From the NCBI RefSeq assembly GCF_009914755.1, contig NC_060933.1: a stretch of DNA of 64,000 bases; one strand, given 5' to 3'. Below are positions 13,401 to 26,500 of the stretch, in pieces. The translations under genes and the position numbers were made by a program. Position 1 is the first letter of the stretch, and the number at the start of each line of letters is the position of its first letter. The notes under the pieces were generated by a model. The model did no database searches and was not told the origin of the DNA. It saw only the letters and a program-made list of their open reading frames with translations. The DNA comes from the human T2T-CHM13v2.0 reference genome, Homo sapiens.

Positions 13401-14027
13401 AGAATAGAAGTTGAAGTCAAACATGGTCTTAGACTGGGTACAGGATTCCTCTCTTTAGCTGTGTTTTCCCATGAGACTGGGCATTGATGGTGGTTCTCAA
13501 ACTTGAGTTTGTATTAGAAGTCACCTGTGGAGCCTGCTTCACAACCAGACTCTAGCCTTGCCACGCAGTGTCCCTTGCATACCCCACCATGCACCCGGTT
13601 CTGACTCCATGCATCAAAGTGGAGCCTGGACTTCTGCATCACCATGGGGCCACGGTGATTCCAAGACAGGAGTCGCAGATCTCACCTGGGAAGTAGTCCT
13701 GGGCTTCTTACCTTCTCCATTATGAAAAATGATGTGGGTGGCATAACAACATATTAGGTCATGCCAGAAATACTGGCAATTTAAGTTCATATGAAAAAAA
13801 TGCACTGGGGAAAGAAAACCAATTTCAAGTCTCCATCAAAGTACCCGGCAAAAATGAAAGGCCAAGAATTTTCAAAAAATTACCTCTGCAGGCAGAGCAG
13901 TGGCTTCTGGGGCTGCCACTCTCCCCCTGAGCCTCAGAGTCTGCCTATACTTTGCAGAGAGGGGCCCTCAGGTCATTTCAGGGTGAGCGCACTTGGGGTG
14001 TAGCCCCAGTGTCTCAGATGAAACTGA

Positions 14028-14397
<370 letters not shown>

Positions 14398-14489
14398 TGA
14401 AAAGCAAAAATGGATTTCAGAAGCAAGAATTTGGGAAGCAAAGCATCTCAGAAGCAGATGTTCCTTTGGGCCAATCTCCCAACCCACAC

Positions 14490-14600
14490 TAAAATGTCTC
14501 CAAATACCTCACTCCGAATTGCCCATAAATGCAGAGTCCCGGGCCCTCCTTGGAAGACTCTGGTTTGGTGGGTCTATAGTAGAGCCAAGGAATTCTTGAG
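14490..14600. mobile_element. MER5-like fragment
   Basis: aaatgcagagtcccgggccc...ggtgggtcta...ccaaggaatt. Confidence 0.4.
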
Positions 14601-14639
14601 GGGAGGAACGTTTGGAAACAGTTAGCTCACCCGGCCTCT

Positions 14640-14825
14640 TCTTACAAACTTCCAAGGACAGGGAGGGCCTTCCTTTCAAGGGCAACCCATCCCAACTTTG
14701 AAGAGCTGCAACCCTTAAAAACTTTCATCTGATATCGAACTGAAAACTTCCTCCTGTGCCCAAGTGCTCCAGGTTCCCAGCCTCTGCAGTGAGTCCAAGT
14801 AAAATCTAATCCTTCTGTGACAGGC
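14640..14825 (-). mobile_element. L3/CR1 fragment
   Basis: acttccaaggacagggag...ggcaacccatccca...aaatctaatccttct. Confidence 0.45.
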
Positions 14826-15022
14826 TGCCTGGTACGAAAGTCTACACACAGGACTTACCTACTGACTGCACGTGCTGCATGCGAAAAGGGAGACACATTT
14901 GGCTACTCTGGGAACCTTTAACATCCCCCTCCCCAAGCCCTTTCTTGTGTTCCTGCCCTCCTGTTTCCTAAGAGAAAGGAGAGAATAATGGCATTAATAA
15001 AAATTATTTATTGAATGCTTAC

Positions 15023-15525
15023 TGTAGTAGGCAGAATAATGGCCCCCCAAGGATGCCCACATCCTAATTCCCAGAACTTGCATGAGGTTAGATGGCAATG
15101 GGGAATTAGATTGAAGATAAAATTAAGGTTGCTAATCAGCTGACCTTAAAGTAGGGAGCTCACAGTGGATGATTCATGTGGATCTGTAATTACAAGCATC
15201 CTTAAAAGTGGAACAGGGAGGCAGGAGGGTGAGTACCCAGTGATGTCATGTAAAAAAGACTTGACCAGCCATTATTGCCTTTGAAGATCCAAGGGGACCA
15301 TGAGCCAAGAAATGTAGGCAGCTTCTAGAAGCTGGAAAAGGCAAGAAAAAAGATTGTCCCCTAAAGCCTCCAGAAGGAAAGCAGCTCTGCTGACACCCGG
15401 ATGTTAGCCCACCAAGCCCCATGTTGGGTTTCTGACCTCCAGAACTATCAGATAATAAAGTTGTGTTTGTTCAAGCCACTAAATTTATGGTCATTTGTTA
15501 CAGCAGCAAGAGAAATCTAATGCAC
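15023..15525 (+). mobile_element. MaLR LTR (MLT1D)
   Basis: tgtagtaggcagaataatggcccccc...tctagaagctggaaaaggcaag...aagccactaaatttatggtcatttgttacagcagca. Confidence 0.85.
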
Positions 15526-15589
15526 TTACTATAGGCCAGATGATATAGTAACATACTATATACTGGATAGTGTACATGTAGTATTCCAT

Positions 15590-15735
15590 TTAATAAAAAC
15601 TTAAGGATAGGTGTTTTTATTCCCCTTTGACATATGAGAAAACTGAGGCATGGATAAACTAAATAACCTGCCCGGGGTCATACAGACAGAGTGGTAGAGC
15701 CTGGATTCAAATCCAGTTCTGTCTCCAAAATCCTT
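15590..15735 (-). mobile_element. MIR
   Basis: atgagaaaactgaggcat...aataacctgcccggggtcatacag...ggattcaaatcca. Confidence 0.75.
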
Positions 15736-16108
15736 TATGAAGAAAGGGTGGGGAGGAAAATGAGGAGCTAAAATTAACAGTAAGAAAATGGGAACAAAGA
15801 GATGAAAATATCTGGAAGGAAAGACCCAGAACAAAATACATAATCACAATACAGTTACCCCAAGGTTGTCCTAGGATTCCTAAGAAATGCCTATGGTCCA
15901 AGTCTGAAACCACAGACTCAAATCATCAGAGTTGTGAGCGTGCTTGAAGACAGTCTAGGTCAAACCCATCAGGTTAAAGCTGGGGAGAATAAGATCCAAA
16001 GAGAATAACTACCTTGTCCAAGAGGACAGAGAAGCGAAGCAGAGATGGGGCTGGAACCCAGTGCCCAGGGCCTCTCTGTGGCAGGCCAGCTCTCACTAAT
16101 GCAGGCCC

Positions 16109-16717
16109 TGTTTTAGTACTGACCGAGTGGTTAAGATAAATATTAAAAGTTGAAAGAGCCAGTGCCTTTATACAAAGTCTGGATACAAAAACCCACCAAG
16201 AGTTTTGCATAGGCCTTTCCTGAGACTTATAGCATGACAAGATAATGAAAGAATTCTTAACAGGACCCATTTAGGATTAAACAAGTTTTATTGAGAGTCT
16301 GAAGAAACTCCCCAGGCCTCCACAAACAAGTTTATTGAGGGTCTAAAGGAATGCCCCAAACCTGTGATTTAGCAAAAGACAAGATAAAGGTAATCACCCC
16401 AGCACCTGGACCCATTTAGATTAAGTAAATTTACTGAGGCTCCAGAGGAAGTTCTTCCGAACTCAGATCTTAGTTATAGATTAAAAAGTTAATCACTTCT
16501 GTCTTTAGATGAATGCACACTTACACATAGACATGTAGTTAGGAGGTATATAAGCTCTGGAAGACTTTGTAATTTTGAGTTGGTCTGGTGATATTTTCCA
16601 GGCCTTTTCCCTATAACCAGTTACAGAAATAAAAACTCTCTTCCTCCCCAGTTCATCTGCATCTCATTATTGGGCCACAAGAAATAGCAGCCCGATACTT
16701 AGTTTGGTCCAGGAACA
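16109..16717 (+). mobile_element. Solo ERV1-class LTR (subfamily not assigned)
   Basis: ~610 bp TG...CA element, internal repeats (ggacccatttag x2, aaacaagttt x2), TATATAA 16547-16553, AATAAA 16628-16633. Confidence 0.75.
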
Positions 16718-18539
16718 CCTCCAGTGCTGGTTTCTCCATACCCCTCACCCTGGCCCTCCTTTCCTCCTTCCAGAAGAGTCTGTGAAGGCCCATGAGTGGC
16801 TAAGGTGAGTGGATCACTCCATCCAGAGCACATTGAAGGAGATGCTGGGAGCCCTGCACCTATAATGTCTCAAAGCAGTGTCCTCACCTGGCAAGGCCTC
16901 TTGCTCCTAGATGGGCCAGCAATCATGACACAAACAGGCCACAGTCACCCAGATTATCCATTGTGTGTGCTACCATCTGTCACCACCTTGCATGTTTGGG
17001 TTGACCTGCACCATCACACTAATGAAGATAGCAGCTGCCAGAAGACTGTCATTGCCCTGGAAATGGACTTTAGGGACCCAGGGCCTCCCCCACCACCCCT
17101 GGGAGAGGAAAAACAGCACACCTTGCAGCGACACACTTTTCTTACAAATACAACTTAATTAACCTGGCATAAATTGTAGCCTCATATCTAATCATCAACC
17201 ATTGTTCTCACACACGCATAGACAAAAAAAAAAAAAAAATTCAAATACAAGACCCACTTACAATGGTTCAAGAAAATTCTGGTTTTCCACACTCTGCTTT
17301 AGAAAGCACCTCCTACTATCCCCTTCCCTGACCCAGAAGCCTGTTCCCAGAGATCCAGCTGCTGGCTTGCAACTTGCAGTGTCTGCATTGTCACTGCCAG
17401 CTGCCAGCTCCAAGGGTCCCGGTGGTCTCATTAAAAATAGCCTTATCTCGGGAGGCACTCTGCTGATTCTGAGACCTGCCCTGCCCGGCCTGGGAGAAAA
17501 CAAGGCATTTCCCACCATTCCGATTCCTCCTTCCTAGCCAGAGAAAGAGACAGCATAGTGGCAACCAGGACAGGTAGTCTTCCATCACCTTGAACTGTCT
17601 CTGAAACTCCATTCTTACCTCTTTCCCTGGCAATTGCCTTATTTGCATTTAAAAGGGATTCTTGGCTTAATTCCACTAAGTTCAACTTTTAAGACCTCCA
17701 TTTTATTTGAATAGTTTTTAAAGTTTTGAGCCTTTGAAAATACAACCATATATATATATATATATATAAACAATCTGATAGTAATTTTCTCAAAACAGCT
17801 GAAAGTCCCCTTGATAAGGGCAGGGGCAGGGTCTTATTCACTTTTGGATCTGCTGTACCTATAGCACACAGTAGGTGCACCAGTAACACATGTTGAACTG
17901 AATTCAATCCCCTAACCTTACATATCCCGGGGATAGACTCATAAACTCCATTAGTCATGGACATTATGAATCTCACTCTGCTCTCTACACTCAGCTGCTA
18001 ACTGCCAAAGACACAGTAAACCTGCTGGTGGCATACAGGGGCAAATTACCCTCATCTGGCAAGGCATAGTGCAAATACCCCTTCCTCCATGAAACCACTC
18101 TGATGCCCCAGGTCCTGCTGGCCAGAAACCACCCTCCGTGATGCTGAGGGACCACAGACAGAACAGTCCTACCAGGTACCATACATGGATGTACATGGAG
18201 TGTACGAGATGCCCTCTGGGGGAAAAGAGGTGCCACAGACAGAAAAGGATCATTCTAGGCTTTGGGTAAGCTGTGTTTTGCGGGCCCAGAGCAGGGAGAA
18301 TTCTAACCCCCTGGAGAGGAGGAGGAGGGTAAGGCATCTTGGAGGACTTCATGGAGGAGGTTCCTTCTGAGCAGTGTGGGCAGTAGTCAGGCTCTGCAAG
18401 GTGAGAAGAATCACACTGCGGAGACTCAGAGATTCTGAGACAGGGCAGTGTGCCTGAGGGACACACGAGCTGATCAGTAGGTCTGATGCATGGAATGTGG
18501 AGTAAGATATTAACAGACTGAATATGGCTGAGTTTCTGA

Positions 18540-18597
18540 AATTTCTGGAGCCTCAGTTTCCCCGTTTGCAAAATGGAGATAGTAAGATCTGCCTCCT

Positions 18598-18600
<3 letters not shown>
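18540..18600 (+). mobile_element. MIR fragment
   Basis: gagcctcagtttccccgtttgcaaaatggagatagtaa. Confidence 0.6.
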
Positions 18601-19074
<474 letters not shown>

Positions 19075-19859
19075 TAAAGTCCCCTCCTTCAGATACCTGT
19101 CACAGCATTCTCATGGGGTAAGAGGGAAGTCCACGAACCCATAAATCACTGATTCAGTTATTTTAGGACCTAAGTTATCCAAGGTACATAAAGCAACGGG
19201 CATGCATGTGGCACACAGTGCTGCTCATAAAGTGAGTTCCTCTTCCTTCCTCTGTCTTTGCTCCCGAAATTTATTGATTGCACAGGTTTTGAGTAGAGAA
19301 TCCATTCTGCCTTAATTTTAGGTAGAGGTCCTTTTCATGTTTCTATGTTGGTTTCTGTGTCTGCTTCCCCCAAACAAGACCGTGAGCTCCTTAAGAGGAG
19401 GAACCAAATTATTAATAGCATCTCTGGCATCCAGCAGGGCCCTGGCCAGGTAAGTGTTTTAGAATAAAAGGAGAGAAGGCAGCACCACCCCCACAGTCCC
19501 TGAGCCTGGCTCCATGTTAATTGTGCAGTAAGTAGGTCGATGGGCTAGGGGGACCCCAACGGCCTCACTCGAGGAGAGAACAGGGGCGATTCGAGGAGTG
19601 GTAAGAATGAAATCCATCAAAAAGCAAGGCTCCTCCAGCACGGCTACTTCCCGCTTACGGCAGCCCTGGGAACAGTTCTGCTTCCAGGGCGCATTAAGTA
19701 CAAGCTGCTTGACCACTCAACAAGTCCTTTATGACATTTCCAGACTCTCAGACCAGAATAATATTAATGAAAGTTTCATGCCCTGATAAATAGTTCATCA
19801 ACAACCAAGGAAGGTAACGGCCTCCCCCTCCTCCCAGAGAGCCAGCTGGGAACCCCACG

Positions 19860-20610
19860 CTTCCTCCTCTCCTTCCTCAGTCTCCTCGTCCAATTAGCCA
19901 CTGAGGCCCACTGCCTCCAGCATCTGCTCCTGTCCCTCCAGCCCCTGCCCTAGCACTAACACAGACCCCACAGCTTCTCAGCTGGACATTGGCAACAGAC
20001 TCCTCAGCAGTCTCTATGCCTCTTCCAGCCCATTCCCCATGCCGTCCTAAGAATCTTCTTGCATCTCAGCTAGGAATTTATCATGTCCTTCCTCAAAAGC
20101 CTGCAATGGAGTCAAGTGCAAATGTTTCAACTTGACCATCAAGCTCCTCTGAGGTCTGGTCTAACCTAGCTTTCTTTCTCATCTCCCACCACTCTGTTTC
20201 CTACACCATTCCCTCTAGCCCAGTGTTTTCAAACTGCAGATCCCACCCTATGAGTGAGACATCATATTATTTTAGCACATCTTGAGCAGGAATTTTTAAT
20301 GGAACAGAATAGGTGTGCATCATACATAGGAAGTTTTCATTTTGTGAAAATTCTGTTTTAGGCGTGCGCGTGTGTGTGTAGGTGTGAATGCACTGTAACA
20401 CATTATGAAATGCACATCTTACTGTGGATCTGTCAGAAAGATTTGAAAAGCGCTTCTCAGGCCATGCTGAATTCACTGCTCCTCTGCTCTGTTCTCTGTG
20501 CACTGTTTCATCACCATAGTTTCCCACACGAGTCCCTCCTCCTGCACTGTCTCCCTCGCCTCTCTCTACCTGCCACCTCCATCTATCCACATCATAAGCA
20601 TTCTTCCAGG
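19860..20610 (+). mobile_element. L2 fragment interrupted by a hAT-Charlie-type element (~20221-20455)
   Basis: ctggacattggcaacagactcct...atcatgtccttcctcaaaagcc; insert bounded by cagtgttttcaaact...tttgaaaagcgct. Confidence 0.55.
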
Positions 20611-20937
20611 CTGTCTTAGCTGATCTCTCCCAGAAGCAGACTCTGAGATAAAGATGTGTATTTGGGAAGTGATCCCAAAAGGCATGGGTAATGAAGTGGA
20701 AAAGTGAAGCAAAAGGGACTGGAACCAATCCAGGGGGCACTGTTGAGCAGGACCCTGCCATGGGAAACTGCAGTTCCCACTGGGCACTCGGAGGGGAGAG
20801 GGAGCTGAGATATTCACCCACCAACCCTGCCAGCCACTGCTGTGAGATCCTAGCAGAGGGAAATTGCCAGGGCAGCATGCAACGGCATAGAGAGTGCCCG
20901 AGAGCGATGGATGGGGCAGCGACAGGGGTGGCTACAC
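20611..20937 (-). mobile_element. ERVL LTR (LTR33-like)
   Basis: tgtcttag...cccagaagcagactctgagataa...tatttgggaagtgatccca...gatggatggggca. Confidence 0.65.
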
Positions 20938-21239
20938 AGGTTCTAGACAAAAGTCATTTCCTCCATGGAATCTGCTTTTCTCTCTGCCATGCTCAATACT
21001 CACGTGCCCACACAGGCACACAGAGGTGTCATGGTTCCAGTTGCATAGTGGACATTCTTTCCACTGTCTTTGTTCCTGAAATTCACTGATAGAAAGATTT
21101 TAAGAGAGAAGAGAGCCTATTCTGCCTTTATTTTAGTTGGAGCCCGTTCTTTTCTTTCTATGTCTGTTTCTGTGTCTGCTTTGCCAGATAAGACCACGAG
21201 CTCCTTGCGCAGAGGGACGGAATTAGCTCAATATTCATA

Positions 21240-21680
21240 CCTTCTTCTTCCTGGAAAGAAACCCATATTTTCCTTGGGGAACTGCCCTTCTTCCACCCTT
21301 AGTTCATGTGAGCCAACTGTATCTCTGTGGCCACAGGGACTAGGGCAGAGATGGGCACAGCCCCCAGTAGGCCCAGTGAAGCTCAATCTGAGGATATTTG
21401 TTTACTCTGTTAGGAAAAAGAATCATTTCTTTGCTGGCATTGCTGAAAACTGCTAACTGCCATGTTGCCACCAAGAGGAGAAAAGCTTCAAGAGAACAGA
21501 GCCAACACCCAGGAAGGGAAGGGACAAGGGAGCCAAGTCCTGGTGACACTGCCTAAGCCTCCGGGGGCTAGCCTTCCCCAAAGTTTCTGAATGATTCAGT
21601 TCTGAGCCAATCAATTCTGTTTCCCTCCTGAAATTAGCTAGAACTGAGTTTCTGTCACTTACAACCCAGAATACCATCCA
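21240..21680 (+). mobile_element. Old MaLR LTR (MLT1K/L-like)
   Basis: 3' end ttcagttctgagccaatcaattc...gagtttctgtcacttacaacc. Confidence 0.55.
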
Positions 21681-22083
21681 GTGCCACCTGTTGTCTCTCC
21701 CTCACTGCACTGTCACCTGGAAAGCGGAGCGATGACCCATCCGGATCTTCACATTGCCCAACACACAGTAGGGAAAGATGGTGTCTACACAGATAGTTGT
21801 GGTGCAGACGCCACCCAAACACACTTGCAGCCCTGACCACTGGCAAACATAGACACATGATCACTGACCAGTCATAATCATGACCTCCAAAGCAGATGTG
21901 GTGGATAATTACACACATTGTGGGCAGCAAAGAGCAGAAAGGATAAGACAGTGGGAAAGGAGTCAGGGAACTGAAACAGATCTTGGTTGCCTGTGTCAAT
22001 CTAAAAGGAACCCTGGGTTTAACATGGGGACCTTGGAATTTGCCAGCATGTTAACCCAGATTCAGCCCCAGAGAGGCCTCTAG

Positions 22084-22870
22084 TGCAGGACAGTTCTCCA
22101 GGTGGCCTTGGGCCAACCCGGTTCTCCTGGCTTTCTCACTTGTAGTTCTCAAGAATAACTGCAGAAGATACTGGGAATGGGCTGGGCGTGGTGGCTCATG
22201 CCTGTAATCCCAGCACTTCGGGAGGCTGAGGTGGGTGGATCACCTGAGGTTGAGAGTTCGAGACCAGCTTGGCCAACATAGCGAAACCCCATCTCTACTA
22301 AAAACACAAAAATTAGCTGGGCATAGTGGCAGCCACAGCTACTCAGGAGGCTGAGGCAGGAAAATTGCTTGAACCTTGGAGACAGAGGCTGCAGTAAGCC
22401 AAGATCATGCCACTGCACTCCAACCTGGGTGACAGAGCAAGACACTATCTCAAAAATGAAAAAATAAAAAACAAAAGAAGATACTGGGAATGTAACATTC
22501 TGATATAAGGTTGGACTGGCCAGAACAACTAGGTCCTGCTCCTGTCCCTGCTACAAAGAGGATATCCTTCAGCACTTTAGCCCAGCAATATATGTTACCC
22601 CAAGGTATAAAACCCAGGGCGGGCTGTTTTCTGGGGTCCCTCAGCTTCGGACCAAGTGAGGCACACGCTGACAAGACTCCATTCATTCTGGACAGCTTTC
22701 CTGAGCCTTGAGAGACTGGCTTGCCATGAATCCTAGGCTTCTGTCGACCCTTGTTGCCTACCTGTAGGGAATAAACCACTTCATGTAATTTGTATGTGAG
22801 TGTTCTGCCTCACCAGACTCAGGCAAGCAGGCAAAGTGCAGCCCAAGGTGCAATGGGCTGCAGTGGTAAC
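22084..22870 (+). mobile_element. ERVL LTR (LTR47-like) split by Alu
   Basis: tgcaggacagttctccaggtggccttgg...tgtagttctcaagaataact; ggtataaaacccagggc TATA; aataaa ~22770. Confidence 0.7.
22180..22475 (+). mobile_element. AluS
   Basis: Dimer with 17-bp TSD agaagatactgggaatg (22163-22179, 22476-22492). Confidence 0.95.
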
Positions 22871-23419
22871 CAGCATGTAGTGAATCTACTTTGCACCTAG
22901 AAGCACAATTTGTCAGAGCTGGGAGACTAAAAGCATAGCGTCCAGCCTTGGGGAGTGGCAGGGCTGGTCTGAGGTTACTTAGCAAGCTGGTGGCATCTCT
23001 GGAACTAGAAGCTGGGCTGATGCTCTTCCCATTGCATGGGAAAGAAGCTAGAAGAAGGGTGTCTAGTTCACTCTGTTACTATCATCAGAGTGTTGAAGTT
23101 GGAGGGCTACCCTGCACCTTCAGCCTTTCCTCTCTCCATCAACCACTCTCATCAGGATTTTCTCCAGGGTGAATTCACCAGTGCTCAGAAAACTATCAGC
23201 AACTGAGTCCCCACCCCACCCCTAAGGTTCTGAATGTCCCTGTGTATGCGAAAGCCCCATTCTCCAGCCCTGCCTGGGACCAGGGACAGTGTGGGCAGGA
23301 TACTTCTAATTAACAGGAGTACAGTTCCTTTGGGAACTTCCCCTACTGCAGCCAAGCATGTATATTGAGCACTATTGAACCTTCAATAACAAAAGCAATA
23401 ATAATAATAACAGCAGCAG

Positions 23420-23650
23420 CTAAGCTAGTAAGTATTGCTTGGTGCTTCCTATGGGCTAGGCACTAAGTGCTTTACATAGACTAACTCATTTAATCCTCAC
23501 ACAAGTTCTATGAGGTAAGTACCATTATTATTTTCATTTTGTAGATGAAGAAATGGAAGCACACAAAGTGTAAATAACTTGCCCACAATTACCTAGCAAA
23601 CAGCAGGCCAGGATGTAAATCCAGGCAGTCTGGCTCCGGGATCCCTGTTG
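23420..23650 (-). mobile_element. MIR
   Basis: ctaagtgctttacata...tcatttaatcctcaca...ttttgtagatgaagaaatg...ccaggcagtctggctcc. Confidence 0.8.
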
Positions 23651-23671
23651 ATGAGCACTGTAATACTTTCT

Positions 23672-24228
23672 CTGGGCGGAAAAGGGTTAACACAGCGGGT
23701 CTGAGACTGTGTCCCTAGAAAGATCTGCTGGAGAGGTTGGCCTTGGGCTGGTATCTGGGGACTTGGACTTCAAGAGAGTTCCCACTCCCCTCTGATAAGA
23801 ATGGCTCACTGGGCCTAAATTGTTTGTGCAGACAATATGGTTCCTACTAAACACCTGCTTTCCTTCTGGGAGTGTGGAATTTTGGTATGTGTTAAGCAGA
23901 GGGTGCCTACATGCCCAGTGCCCAATAAAAACCTTGCACACTGAGACTCTAATGAGCTTTCCTGGTAGAAACACTTCACAGTGCTGTTACCATTGGTTGC
24001 TGGGGGAGTTGAGTGTGTCCTATGTGACTCCACCGGGAGAGGACTCCTGGAAGCTCGCACCTGGTTTCCTCTGGACTTCTCCCCACCAGCCTATTCCCTT
24101 TGCGGATTCTGCTTTGTATCCTTTTGCTGTAATAAATCATAGCTGTGAGTACAACTGGATGTTTATTGTACTCTGAGTCCCTCTAGCAAATTATCGAGCC
24201 TAGAGGTGGTCTTGGGGACTCCAACGCA
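23672..24228 (+). mobile_element. ERVL LTR (MER68-like)
   Basis: aaaagggttaacacagc...ggctggtatctgggga...cccaataaaaacctt...gctgtaataaatcatagc...ggtggtcttgggga. Confidence 0.75.
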
Positions 24229-25049
24229 TCTTCAAAAGCCCTAAAGCTATCATCTGAAAGAACATCATAGGAAGTCTTCGTTCAGTTGGTCTTGGGTGAC
24301 ATTGTTCAGAGGCCCTTCCTCATATGTTACAACAGACTATCTCTCTGGTATTGCAGGATGGCTTACAATGGGTTGTCCAGCACTGGGCTGGCACAAAGTC
24401 CCAAGGCTAGCAGAGTTCTCTGGGAGCTATCTCCCAGAGGGTCCTCCCACACCTATCTTGTCCCCACAGGGCATCAAAAGTAGGCCTTCAGTGATGAGCA
24501 ATGCCAGCAATGTGGTTTTACTTACAGAGAAAGCGAGGCTCAGAATGGTTGTGTGACATCTTCAAGGACTAGAACCTAGGTCTCTTTTGACTTCCTATCC
24601 AGGGGTCCCCCATGATCTGTCTCAGAGGGCAGTACCAGGCACAATGAGAAGAGGCAGGGAGGATATCTGTTTGCAATATAAGAAAAAATAAATACCCTTT
24701 CTGAATTAGGGTACGCTTCTAAATAAATTGAACAAACACAGGTGAAGTGCTGGACTTCTGGAGATGCTAGAGGACTAGGCACAGTCCCTGTGCTATAGAG
24801 CTCACCTCTAGGAAGAGGCCTCCTTTGAAGGACTGAGTTGCCCATCACTGGGAATGACAGGCCCATTCGTACATTGTCAGATCTAGCATCTGACCCTGCG
24901 ATTCAGCAATTTTGCATTTACCTGATCATGCCAGACCTGCACCCTTTCACACAGCTCTATTCTTTCTCCGACACTTCCTCTGCTCCACATTCTCCTCCAG
25001 AGAAAGCCCAGCCCAGGAAATGCGCAGGTGGCTGCCGGAGAAGATGTAG

Positions 25050-25220
25050 AGGGCTTTGGAAACAGATGGCCTCAAGTTTGATCTCAGCTCTACCTCACAC
25101 TAGCTCTGGGATTCTGGCAAGTTCCATAAGGCTCTGACTCTCCGCTTCTTTATCTGTGAATAACAGGGGCGGAGGAGACTGCATGAAACCCAAACCTGGC
25201 CCCGAGCCTGGCACCCGACG
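25050..25220 (+). mobile_element. MIR (diverged)
   Basis: gggctttgga...atctcagctctac...ctagctctgggattctggcaagtt. Confidence 0.5.
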
Positions 25221-25697
25221 GGTTGTGCTCTATCCCCCTGGATACTGAGTGCTGGATGTACCAGTTTTATGAATAGGCCACCTACTTTCCCTTCCTTGCT
25301 CCACCAACAGGAGGAAGAATTAGGTTAATTACATTGAGAAGAAATGCAAGAGGGTAATAAGCTCTCTGATCCCATCTTTTGTTCATAAGTTAAATAAATG
25401 TAAAAGTTGCTACTCAAGTGATGTTAAAATATTTGACCTCATTACCTCGAGCGCTGGCTCTGATACGAAGGTTAGTCACTGAAAAGATGCCAGTTATTCA
25501 AGTACAATTCTCATATATAAGAATGAATACCATCCATACACTGTCGATTGAAATGGTCATTATTTGTTAAGTGTTTGGTTTTTTTTTTTTTCTCCAAATA
25601 AATTGACAGCAAAAGGAAAGAAACCTGCCAACAGTCATGGCCCCTGAGAAGTGGACTCTTCATTAAGTCCCCTTCCCCTTTCTATCATTAATCATAC

Positions 25698-26094
<397 letters not shown>

Positions 26095-26214
26095 TAAAGA
26101 TGCATCTCCACGTTTTGACATCACCTTCAAATTTGCCGCTTTAAGGGAGGTATGACAGTGGCAAGTACTTGACAGCGCCTCTCCAGGCCCTGCTCTGCCA
26201 CAGGTCACTCCTCC

Positions 26215-26500
26215 CACTTCTCCCTCTCCAAGTCTCAGTTTCTTCTTCTGTCACATGATGGGTCTGGACTAGATCAGGGGTTACCAAACCTAGCTTAGTT
26301 AGCATCATAATCAATTGAATAGCTTTTAAATACCGACATTCCAGGCCTTACCCCAACCCCAACCCACAGAATGAACCTTTCGAGAATGGGGCCTGGAAAT
26401 CTGGATGTTTAGCAAGACCCCTTCCCCAGAGGACTCAGTCTGGTGTCCAGCCACAGACCAGCTGGACTAGAATACTATTAAGTTTCTTCCAGTATTGATA
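26215..26500. mobile_element. MIR3 fragment interrupted by MER5-type element
   Basis: tctcagtttcttcttctgt...tggactagat; caggggttaccaaac...ggggcctggaaatctg; ctggactaga repeated after insert. Confidence 0.5.

Noticed and set aside
20267-20950. 227-aa minus-strand ORF
   Set aside because: It spans LTR33, L2 and a DNA-transposon relic and has no protein signature
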